Of a DNA stretch of 26,440 nucleotides, positions 1 through 7,801 are shown piece after piece. The stretch's first letter is position 1. The number at the start of each line of letters is the position of its first letter. The stretch comes from a virus (lineage: Duplodnaviria > Caudoviricetes), in IMG/VR virus record IMGVR_UViG_3300031519_000185, positions 1-26,440 of that record; one strand, written 5' to 3'. Under the pieces are notes generated by a model. That model made no database searches. It had not been told where the DNA came from and was given only the letters and a program-made list of their open reading frames with translations. Made by a program: the position numbers and the translations under genes.

Positions 1-33
1 AAAAGTGGTAATTAAATAGACTATAACACTACT

Positions 34-62
34 ATTATACTATCTAAACCAGTCAAAGTCAA
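34..62 (-). promoter_or_regulatory. Sigma70-type promoter firing leftward out of the window
   Basis: Minus strand TTGACT (62-57), 17-bp spacer, TATAAT (39-34); lies immediately downstream of the terminator at 66-94. Confidence 0.8.
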
Positions 63-65
63 GAC

Positions 66-94
66 AAAAAAAAGCCCACTACGTGAGTGGGCTT
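66..94 (-). terminator. Intrinsic terminator ending the late/structural region
   Basis: Perfect 9-bp stem AAGCCCACT/AGTGGGCTT with a 5-nt loop, running into T8 on the minus strand. Confidence 0.85.
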
Positions 95-184
95 ATAACG
101 CACGGAGCGTTTGAGTAAGTGCTAAGGTAATATAAAAACAAAATGGCAATTTTATTTTAGGAGTGCGTTGTCAGATAACGCATA
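66..184. ncRNA. Candidate structured small RNA or 3' UTR element
   Basis: No long ORF; hairpins at 97-111 and 164-182; ATAACGCA repeated at 95 and 175; TATAAATG upstream on the minus strand (192-185); terminator downstream. Confidence 0.3.
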
Positions 185-219
185 CATTTATATTACTTGT
201 AGAAAGTAAAGTGACAGCC

Positions 220-540
220 TTACTTGCTCTTACAGTTGTATTTAGTTGTTCTGCGTAAATTATGGTAAAAAGCGGTTAGTTCTTGTGATGTGCTGTCAAA
301 TTTGCCTGTTTCTTCACTAAGAAATAGTTTGCACACCCTACATTGTCTTCTCCAATGCACATATGGAGTTAGATGTCTTTTTAGTGTTACCACACGCATT
401 TCTTTTTCAATTTGTAGATCACAATCGTCGCAAGGTGCTGGAATAGGACGTATGCCCACAACTTCAGGCTGACCACCATTGTGCGTAGAAGTTATGTATT
501 CTAAACGATCTTGTATTTCTTTTGGTATGCCCTTGTCCAT
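220..540 (-). CDS. Hypothetical Zn-finger protein, probably leaderless
   Basis: Two CxxC pairs (CDDC, CRVC); no SD; TAAATA lies 5 nt before the ATG. Confidence 0.7.
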   Translation of the reverse strand: MDKGIPKEIQDRLEYITSTHNGGQPEVVGIRPIPAPCDDCDLQIEKEMRVVTLKRHLTPYVHWRRQCRVCKLFLSEETGKFDSTSQELTAFYHNLRRTTKYNCKSK

Positions 541-545
541 ACTAC

Positions 546-551
546 TATTTA
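546..551 (-). promoter_or_regulatory. TAAATA late-type promoter box (leaderless)
   Basis: Minus strand reads TAAATA-GTAGT-ATG in a 34-bp intergenic gap. Confidence 0.6.
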
Positions 552-574
552 AAGGACCTAAACTTTTGGATGGG

Positions 575-814
575 TTAAACTGGCATTGAACTTATAATTG
601 TTGCAACAGCGCCTACTAGAGCAACAACAACGGTGCTTACCGCAACGATCATAGCCTTGACTAATCCTTTGTTGCCTTTGATAATACCTTGATGTAATTC
701 ACTTACTGCTGTTTCAACTTTTTCTAAACGGTCATTCAATTGTGCATACCTTATGGCACACAAATCAACGTGTGCTTCTAAATGGGCTCGCTCGTATTCT
801 GTAGTATCAGGCAT
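575..814 (-). CDS. Holin-like / XhlA-like membrane protein
   Basis: Coiled coil (LEAHVDLCAIRYAQLNDRLEKVE) followed by a C-terminal hydrophobic helix; located after the tail genes; 1-nt overlap with the upstream stop. Confidence 0.55.
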   Translation of the reverse strand: MPDTTEYERAHLEAHVDLCAIRYAQLNDRLEKVETAVSELHQGIIKGNKGLVKAMIVAVSTVVVALVGAVATIISSMPV

Positions 815-1236
815 TACGTGGCGCTAATAGTTGCACCAAGTGCTACTACCTTCCAATTTGTTCCGTCATATACACCCAAGCATAATGCGCCTGCGTTGCC
901 ATTTGAAACCATTGCAACATCACCTTCTGTGTTAGTGCTTAGTGCATTTACTTGTGCTGTTGTTAGTGAACTAAGACGTAGAACGTTTTGAATGTTTACT
1001 ACGCCGTTGGTTGGATTAAAAGTTTGTGTGCCTGTTGCCGTTATAGTGTTGGGCAATTTAGCGGCTGTGATCTTGCCACTTGCATTTGCTACAACAACGC
1101 CATTTGCGCCATTTGCATCTGCAATAATTGAGTTGAGACTGGTTACAGCATCAAACAAATCTGAACGTGCCAATGATGGATCGTCGCTCGCTGAATCTAA
1201 GTTAGTTGTGCCAATTTGACTTGTTGGAAATGCCAT
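814..1236 (-). CDS. Putative tail fibre or virion accessory protein
   Basis: Ala/Thr/Asn/Gly-rich; C-terminal LGVYDGTNWKVV motif typical of phage fibre domains; SD GAGG. Confidence 0.6.
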   Translation of the reverse strand: MAFPTSQIGTTNLDSASDDPSLARSDLFDAVTSLNSIIADANGANGVVVANASGKITAAKLPNTITATGTQTFNPTNGVVNIQNVLRLSSLTTAQVNALSTNTEGDVAMVSNGNAGALCLGVYDGTNWKVVALGATISAT

Positions 1237-1256
1237 ATTTTACCTCTCTCTGTTTA

Positions 1257-1262
1257 TATTTA
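1257..1262 (-). promoter_or_regulatory. TAAATA late-type promoter box
   Basis: ATAAATA in the 46-bp gap, 20 nt before the ATG at 1236. Confidence 0.55.
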
Positions 1263-1282
1263 TTTGATTTCATAAAATACCC

Positions 1283-2026
1283 CTATCTAACGAGGATATT
1301 TCCTTGTGTATCGCAATACTGTTCTGGTAATACTGCTAATTTTATGTCAAAGACAGAATTAGTGTAAATGCCTTCATATGTGGCAAAACTTACTTTTGGT
1401 ATAAGTCTATCTTTTTCTGCTATATTTGCAAACACTGGTGGTGCTGTTTCTACATAATCTGGTGCAACATAATCAACTGTAAAATACCCACCTGGTTGAT
1501 GAGGCTGAATGAACATTGAGACCACCTTTGATGCCTTCCTTGGCAATACAAGTTCTTTGGCTTGTAATCCACCGTTCAAATCTGCTGAATTGATATCTGT
1601 AAGCACAATTTCTAATCTTTCTGATGTTGCTGTTGCTGAAATATCTGAAATACTAGGTGGTCCACTTGCGGCATCATAATCTACAGTTACAAGAACAACC
1701 ACATACTGTCCATAAAACCCTTCTATGTTTGTGTCGCCAGGTGTAATTGTAGTAGATGTTTCTTCACCTGCAAAAGACCCTGTTTGACTTACATATACAG
1801 TATATTCACTGACTGTGCCTATGGCTGTTGTTGACACTTGTAGGTTAAAATACTGTGAACTTTCTAGGTCTAGTTGTTCTGATAACCAAGTTAATTGTGC
1901 CGCAGGCTCACCACTCCAATTATTCCAGGCATCCCAAGTGGTTAGATCGCTCCAATCACTGGTGCTAGGTGCTTCAATTAAGTTAGTGGTTAAATTAAAT
2001 ATGCCGTTGTAGGTAGGTAGTGCCAT
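1283..2026 (-). CDS. Tail-tip associated structural protein (fibre adaptor-like)
   Basis: Overlaps the central tail gene stop by 1 nt; acidic and beta-rich; Trp repeat (WSDLTTWDAWNNW); carries YFTVDYVAPDYVET. Confidence 0.6.
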   Translation of the reverse strand: MALPTYNGIFNLTTNLIEAPSTSDWSDLTTWDAWNNWSGEPAAQLTWLSEQLDLESSQYFNLQVSTTAIGTVSEYTVYVSQTGSFAGEETSTTITPGDTNIEGFYGQYVVVLVTVDYDAASGPPSISDISATATSERLEIVLTDINSADLNGGLQAKELVLPRKASKVVSMFIQPHQPGGYFTVDYVAPDYVETAPPVFANIAEKDRLIPKVSFATYEGIYTNSVFDIKLAVLPEQYCDTQGNILVR

Positions 2027-5000
2027 TATAATCTCCCTGGTGAAACACTAGTCAGTGTAAATGATGTAAATGCTTTTCTGTTCCACAATCTAGCACTATC
2101 TGCTAATGGCGCTATTGCTTGGTCTAAATTCTTTTCTAAAACAGTAGGATATACACTTAGGGTAAGTGGATCAATTTCTGTAATTCTATCACCTGGGTTT
2201 GGAATAAACACACCTTGTCTTGTTCCATTAAATGTTGCTGAAATAGGAGGCAATCTAAGTGCTATACTTGATTCTCCACCTGAGGTTTGAGCAACAGCAA
2301 CATATTCAAAATTTTCACCAGTAAAGCCATCTACCCATCCAGGAAACCTTCTCAATTGATTGCTGTTTGAGACAGCCTTTGCAGGATCAAAATAACCATT
2401 ATATTCTTGCTGACTTAGTGGATATTTTAGATGTGCTGTTACTGTTCCACCTGAGTTGGTAGTTGTAACTTGCACTTTCTCCCATCTGCCAGCACCTAGT
2501 TTGTTTAGAGTGTAACCACCATATGAGTTGTTTGGTTTGTAGTATCTGCGATATACATTTAATTGTGTATATCCTCCAATGTGTGCGTGACTAAACACTA
2601 ATTTGAAATAACCATTTGGACCATTAAAGTTGCTCTTTGGTATGTTTAGACTCCACTCTTCTACGTTTATTCTAGGATTCGCAGGAGCAGGAAACGGCTT
2701 GTCTACTTCTACAAGAGCATCTGCTGTTGTTAATAGTTTAAAGTTATACTTTTCTTTAAAGTTAGGTGGAAAGCCGTTGCTTGGTATGTCAGCGCCTTGT
2801 TGTCTATCTGTGATATAACTTGCACCTAACCAACTAAACTTTGCTTCTTCTCTTGAACTACCATTCCAATACAAAGGTGTAATTACAACTTCATATTCAT
2901 CTTCATATGTAATAGGTATTCTATCAAACCATAAACCTTCTGCGGTAAGTCCAGTCTTTGTAATAACAGTTTCTTCAAACTCTGGATCAGTGCCTGGCTC
3001 AATTATTCTTGTTCTTACTTTTATGCCTGCCCAATCTAACAAGAAACTTGAATCTGGTGGTGATAAAAACAATCTAATATTTGGATTGTCATAGTCTGGA
3101 AATAGCGTATGCACTCCAACTGTGATCAAATCTTTTGTGCTTGGTGCATTTGGATCTGCCAACACAATATTAACAGCGGTGTGATCCTCTGTTCTTGTTG
3201 CCGCACCATATGTAGGATCAAAGTCATAAAAACCAAACGCATTGACTTCTACTTTTAAGCCCTCAAATCTTACTTGTTTTACACTTTCCTTGCCATCCTT
3301 GTATGTAAGCCTAAGAATGAAATCATAGTGCTGTTGATCATTTGTTGGTGATGAAGGATATATTGGATTTCCAAACACGCTCATTGTTACTGTGTTTGCT
3401 GTGCCTGGCACATAATCATTTTGAGTTGTGCCAAATAGAAACTCTTGATAATTCCAAACCGTTGCAATAGTTGGTTTGTAATATATTTTTACACCATTAA
3501 CATCAAAGTTGATTGGATCATTATATATTTCTTGTGTTAGTGTAAAGTCAATTTCCCTTGGTGACTTAGGTGTGCCCCCGCTAAGTTGTGTTCTTGCTTC
3601 AATTTTAGAGAACGTGTTGTCTCTGTCTGTTGTAGTGCCTACTTCAGGTGGTGTCCAACCTGGACCTACTGTTTCTATAAAGTCTTTAGGCTCACTAGTG
3701 TCAACTGCCGCACCTGGTGTTAGAAATACTGAGTTTATTTTAGTAGAATATTCTCCACTACCATATTTTACTCTTGTTCTAACTGTGATACTTGAACGTG
3801 AATTAGCCGCAAAAGGACCTAATTTGAAACTTGCTGTTTCGCCAGGACCTGGACGATCTTTAACTTCTAAATATCTCCAAGGTTCATCTCTACCTTGTCT
3901 TTGGTAATAAACTTGTAGGCAAAGATATGCTGGATTCTGTGGCTGACGGAAATAAATGTCAGCATATACTAGGTCACCTTCAGCAGAGTAATCAATAACT
4001 GTAATATCTGCAATATCTGTAAGTGGCAATGGTTCAGGCACTACTACTGGTGGATTTGTAGGTGGTTCACCTGGTGGTGGTGGATCACTTGGTGGATCTG
4101 TAATTCCAGGATCATCTGGAGGTGTAACAATTGGCGGATCTTGTATTGGATCATCTGGTGTTCCTGTAGTTCCGTCAATTCTTAAAACATTATTTTGTCT
4201 AGCACTCAAACTACCAAACGCACTAGTATTTTGAACTTGAACATCATATGGTTGATTGGAACTATCCATTGAAGCAATAGTTTGTATTACTACTTCACTG
4301 GTGCTGTTTAATGATGTTGAGTTTGGTGTATATTGTGTGCCATCATCGCCAATGAATACTGCACTTAGACCTGTTTGAAAGTTTATGCCTGATACTGTAA
4401 CTGCATTTATACCTGGTGATCCAAACGTCTGTGGTGAAACACCAGTTATGCTTGGCGGTAAATGAACAATAGGAACAACTCCATTAGTAGGCGGAACAAG
4501 TCCAATTGGAATAGTAGTGTCAAACTCAGGATAGATAATTGATGCGCCTCTTGGTGTATAGGTAGGCAATACAATATCTTCTTCACCAACTCTTGTGTGT
4601 GGATATATTGAGTCTGGGTTTCTAACACACGCCAATGCCACGCTCATATCGTTGTTGTATTTGATTGAAACAATACGCCAAGGTGTTGTGCCAAAGTTCA
4701 ACATATGACTTTGTATTCTAATGTTGTCACCAACTTCTAATTCAAGACCTTGTGAAGTTACTGTTAGTGCGGCACTTTCTTGATAACGTGATTTATTAAA
4801 AATTAGTTTAGCCATATCTTTTGCAATGGCATAGTTTGTAAGAGCGCCAAATGTTGCGTCAAGTTTGTTTACACGCCCACCGTCTTTGTTAATGTATGTT
4901 TGTCTCTCTGCTTCAGTCTCAGGATACACAACCGTATCATTTGACCATTTGTTGTCTGGGTTGACGTAGGTTATACTTACTTGGTTATATTTTGATCCTG

Positions 5001-6117
5001 CTTCAACAGCACCATAAGTAATATCTCCAACTATGTTGTCTTTGTCAAATGTTGCCACAATGGTTGCCACACCGCTGGTAATATCTGTGTCATTGCCAGC
5101 GTCTTCTACTCTTAATTTGAATTTACCTTGTATGTAAGGCATATATGCTCTACAGTTGGGTAACATTGTTTTGATGTTGTTGAATATAGTGTTGCCAGTG
5201 TTTACTACAAAGTTAAATGTGTGTATTGGTCCACTAATACCACTTACATATTCTACTACTGTGTTGAATTTGGCTGATGTTGCTTGCCAACTAGCCCAAT
5301 CAATATCGTCATTAACAAGTCCTTTACCATAACGCGGATTACGTAGGTAATCTAAAATACATTCTGCAGGGTTTGTTGAATATCTTGTTGGTGCGTTTGC
5401 GTAGGTGTAATTTTGTGGTGTGCCTGTAAGTGCGGCAACCTTTTTACCTAGTATGCAGGCTTTTAAATCTGGTATGCTTCCACTAAATGGATTTGCTTCT
5501 GAATCTTCATTTGTTTCTATTTTCTTCCAATAGTAACGTGCAAACACCACAGCCATACCATTGTATACCATTGAGTTTTTCCAACTAGGTGCATCACTAC
5601 AAATACTCCAAGTGCCAAGATTACTTACGCTTGGGTCTGAATTGTAAATGCCGTGACTGAATTGTAATTGCACTCTGCCTGCGTATTTGCCAGTGGTTAT
5701 GTCTACAGTTTGTCCATTGTTTAATTGTCTAATAATTGTTTCTGGTAATTGATTGTCATCAAGAAACATTTCACGTAGGCCTTCAATTGTGCCTTCACTC
5801 AGCACATATGCAACCCAAAGATATTGATTGTTTGTGCTTCCTGTTTCTGCAAATGTTATTGCTCCGCCAACTTTACGATATCCATATACTACAGGTATTG
5901 CTGTTTCACTGCCTTGACGTGTAAGTTGCACACCTTGTTGACGATCCGCTTCTGCTTGTGCATCTGGTGCATCATATCCCCCAAATAATCCTAGGAATGG
6001 TTGTGTAACAAAACTAACAACACTTGATACTACCTTAACAACGGCTTTGACTACACCTTTGACTGCCTTAACTACACCTTTGACAACCTTTTTAATGGCT
6101 CTAACTATACCACTCAT
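2026..6117 (-). CDS. Central tail/tip attachment protein (lambda gpJ-like hub with IPT/Ig and FN3-like extensions)
   Basis: IPVVYG, LSEGTIEG and STNPAECILDYLRNPRYGKG motifs typical of gpJ-like proteins; IPT-like PSITGVSP...VTVSGINF; Pro-rich linker; position in the tip module. Confidence 0.85.
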   Translation of the reverse strand: MSGIVRAIKKVVKGVVKAVKGVVKAVVKVVSSVVSFVTQPFLGLFGGYDAPDAQAEADRQQGVQLTRQGSETAIPVVYGYRKVGGAITFAETGSTNNQYLWVAYVLSEGTIEGLREMFLDDNQLPETIIRQLNNGQTVDITTGKYAGRVQLQFSHGIYNSDPSVSNLGTWSICSDAPSWKNSMVYNGMAVVFARYYWKKIETNEDSEANPFSGSIPDLKACILGKKVAALTGTPQNYTYANAPTRYSTNPAECILDYLRNPRYGKGLVNDDIDWASWQATSAKFNTVVEYVSGISGPIHTFNFVVNTGNTIFNNIKTMLPNCRAYMPYIQGKFKLRVEDAGNDTDITSGVATIVATFDKDNIVGDITYGAVEAGSKYNQVSITYVNPDNKWSNDTVVYPETEAERQTYINKDGGRVNKLDATFGALTNYAIAKDMAKLIFNKSRYQESAALTVTSQGLELEVGDNIRIQSHMLNFGTTPWRIVSIKYNNDMSVALACVRNPDSIYPHTRVGEEDIVLPTYTPRGASIIYPEFDTTIPIGLVPPTNGVVPIVHLPPSITGVSPQTFGSPGINAVTVSGINFQTGLSAVFIGDDGTQYTPNSTSLNSTSEVVIQTIASMDSSNQPYDVQVQNTSAFGSLSARQNNVLRIDGTTGTPDDPIQDPPIVTPPDDPGITDPPSDPPPPGEPPTNPPVVVPEPLPLTDIADITVIDYSAEGDLVYADIYFRQPQNPAYLCLQVYYQRQGRDEPWRYLEVKDRPGPGETASFKLGPFAANSRSSITVRTRVKYGSGEYSTKINSVFLTPGAAVDTSEPKDFIETVGPGWTPPEVGTTTDRDNTFSKIEARTQLSGGTPKSPREIDFTLTQEIYNDPINFDVNGVKIYYKPTIATVWNYQEFLFGTTQNDYVPGTANTVTMSVFGNPIYPSSPTNDQQHYDFILRLTYKDGKESVKQVRFEGLKVEVNAFGFYDFDPTYGAATRTEDHTAVNIVLADPNAPSTKDLITVGVHTLFPDYDNPNIRLFLSPPDSSFLLDWAGIKVRTRIIEPGTDPEFEETVITKTGLTAEGLWFDRIPITYEDEYEVVITPLYWNGSSREEAKFSWLGASYITDRQQGADIPSNGFPPNFKEKYNFKLLTTADALVEVDKPFPAPANPRINVEEWSLNIPKSNFNGPNGYFKLVFSHAHIGGYTQLNVYRRYYKPNNSYGGYTLNKLGAGRWEKVQVTTTNSGGTVTAHLKYPLSQQEYNGYFDPAKAVSNSNQLRRFPGWVDGFTGENFEYVAVAQTSGGESSIALRLPPISATFNGTRQGVFIPNPGDRITEIDPLTLSVYPTVLEKNLDQAIAPLADSARLWNRKAFTSFTLTSVSPGRL

Positions 6118-6578
6118 AGTTCAATCTCCTTTGTCATAAAGCATCCATCTTTGAATCCAATACTTGAATATACACGTTTACTTCTTTCTGGATCAATACC
6201 AATGTCACCTGCGGTTATGCTAGATGCATCCATACTAATTGCCCATTCTTCAACTGAACCTACTAATTTACGAAACACATCCATTGAACGCTTTTCTTTA
6301 AGCACAAAGATCATTTCAATGTGTGCATACAGTATGTCAAAGTTCCAAGGTGCTTGTGTAAGAGCGCCACTTATAAAGCCCACAGGACGTCCGTTGTCCA
6401 TTAAACTAAACCAACACGCATCTGGAGCAATAACACGACTTCTAATACTCTCTATAACTGAGTTTTCATCATATTGTGCACCTAGTGCTGGATTTGTTTC
6501 ACTGGCTTCATCAGCATATTGACGAAATAGATTTACATTTAGATCTATTTCTTCTGGACGCATTGTTCTTACAATCAT
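6114..6578 (-). CDS. GNAT-family acetyltransferase
   Basis: N-terminal VRTMRPEE, GRPVGFI strand, IFVLKEKR...RKLVGSVEEWA (motif A-like) and VYSSIGF (motif B-like); ATGA overlaps with both neighbours. Confidence 0.75.
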   Translation of the reverse strand: MIVRTMRPEEIDLNVNLFRQYADEASETNPALGAQYDENSVIESIRSRVIAPDACWFSLMDNGRPVGFISGALTQAPWNFDILYAHIEMIFVLKEKRSMDVFRKLVGSVEEWAISMDASSITAGDIGIDPERSKRVYSSIGFKDGCFMTKEIEL

Positions 6579-7189
6579 TCGTTTCTACCCCATAAAAATT
6601 CTGTGTTGCCCACGTAACCAGCCTTTTCCATTGCTGTGTCGTATTTGACACCTTGCAATAACCAATTACTCCAATTGTTAGTTCTACGCCCTGCTAGTCT
6701 TTCAAAGTCTGCAAACTTGCTTGAACATTCTACGGTGATTGCACAAGTTGCTGAACTTTCTTGTATGCCTACATTGTATATCACACCATCATACATTAGT
6801 ATAGGTGATGAAACAATTTGTAAATCTGTGGTGCTTAAAAATGCCTTATAGACACACACTCTTTTTAGTTCTGGTTCTTTGTTTACAAATCTATCAATGT
6901 AGCCACTAGGTAGCCCTGACAAGTTGATTGAGAACTTGCCTATCTTTACGTCAAAGTCTTCGTTAATTGCTGAATATGCAAGAAACTCACCTTGTGCTGA
7001 ATATGTGTTTGTGCCTGCTTCTGGTGCTGTTGGTGAATTGTAATCAATATCAACACCGCCTGATGCTAGGTATATGGTAGCGTTGCCATTTGATGAATCT
7101 TTGAGATGTAATTCAAGTAAGTCTACAGCAAAATTTACATCACGGTAGTATTCATCTCTCAGTGCTGTATCTGAATAAAAACTTTTCAT
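6575..7189 (-). CDS. Tail tip/baseplate hub-associated protein (gpL/DUF2163-like)
   Basis: Follows the distal tail gene; C-terminal ITVECSSKFADFERLAGRRTN...WG motif seen in this family. Confidence 0.7.
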   Translation of the reverse strand: MKSFYSDTALRDEYYRDVNFAVDLLELHLKDSSNGNATIYLASGGVDIDYNSPTAPEAGTNTYSAQGEFLAYSAINEDFDVKIGKFSINLSGLPSGYIDRFVNKEPELKRVCVYKAFLSTTDLQIVSSPILMYDGVIYNVGIQESSATCAITVECSSKFADFERLAGRRTNNWSNWLLQGVKYDTAMEKAGYVGNTEFLWGRNE

Positions 7190-7801
7190 TTACCAGGTCT
7201 CTCTCATACTGACGCTTAATGAAGTAAAACCCCCTACGCCAATATCATATTGTTGAACATCTGCATCAACTATTGCTGTGAATTTTACATCATCAAATTC
7301 AATTACTGTGCCACTTGGAACATCTGCTACCAAACTACCTGAGAAGTAAAGTTGCATAGCGCCAGCACTATTTGATGTGGCTGTGCCTACTACTTGATAA
7401 ACTTTTGAATGGTTTGCAAACTTAATGTAATCACCACCAATTAGTGTTTTAGCATTACCACATCCTGCAAGTGTAACTGTTTTTACACCTTTTGATACTG
7501 CGCCATTTGTAGTTGCACCTGTGGTAATTGGTGTTAGGCTATTTGTATGACTTATTTCAGGTAAGATAATTTCAAAACTAAAAGCAGGACCATATGTTTG
7601 ACTTAGATATCCAGTAATGATTGAACTTTCTACTGCTGTTAGTGTAGGATACTTTACTTGCCAAGAATAAAAACTTGTGCCATATCCTGTTCTACGTGAT
7701 TTGCCACTAAAAGTCTCAGTTGTCAGTGTTGGTGTGTTAGTTTTAAAACTAATACCACTAAAACTTGGATCTTGTGGATAAAGTGTTACTATGTCTGCCA
7801 T
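7190..7801 (-). CDS. Distal tail protein (Dit-like)
   Basis: Directly after the tape measure gene; SGKSRR, WQVKYPTLT and GDYIKFANHSKVYQV motifs. Confidence 0.75.
   Translation of the reverse strand: MADIVTLYPQDPSFSGISFKTNTPTLTTETFSGKSRRTGYGTSFYSWQVKYPTLTAVESSIITGYLSQTYGPAFSFEIILPEISHTNSLTPITTGATTNGAVSKGVKTVTLAGCGNAKTLIGGDYIKFANHSKVYQVVGTATSNSAGAMQLYFSGSLVADVPSGTVIEFDDVKFTAIVDADVQQYDIGVGGFTSLSVSMRETW

Noticed and set aside
13-18. Plus-strand TAAATA at the left edge
   Set aside because: No plus-strand gene follows and the context is truncated, so chance cannot be excluded.
4024-4160. GGT/GGA-rich repetitive DNA
   Set aside because: Explained by Pro/Asp codons of a protein linker; not a CRISPR array or DNA repeat element.
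4446-4628. 60-aa alternate-frame ORF inside the central tail gene
   Set aside because: Nested with no RBS or motif; does not resemble an embedded spanin.
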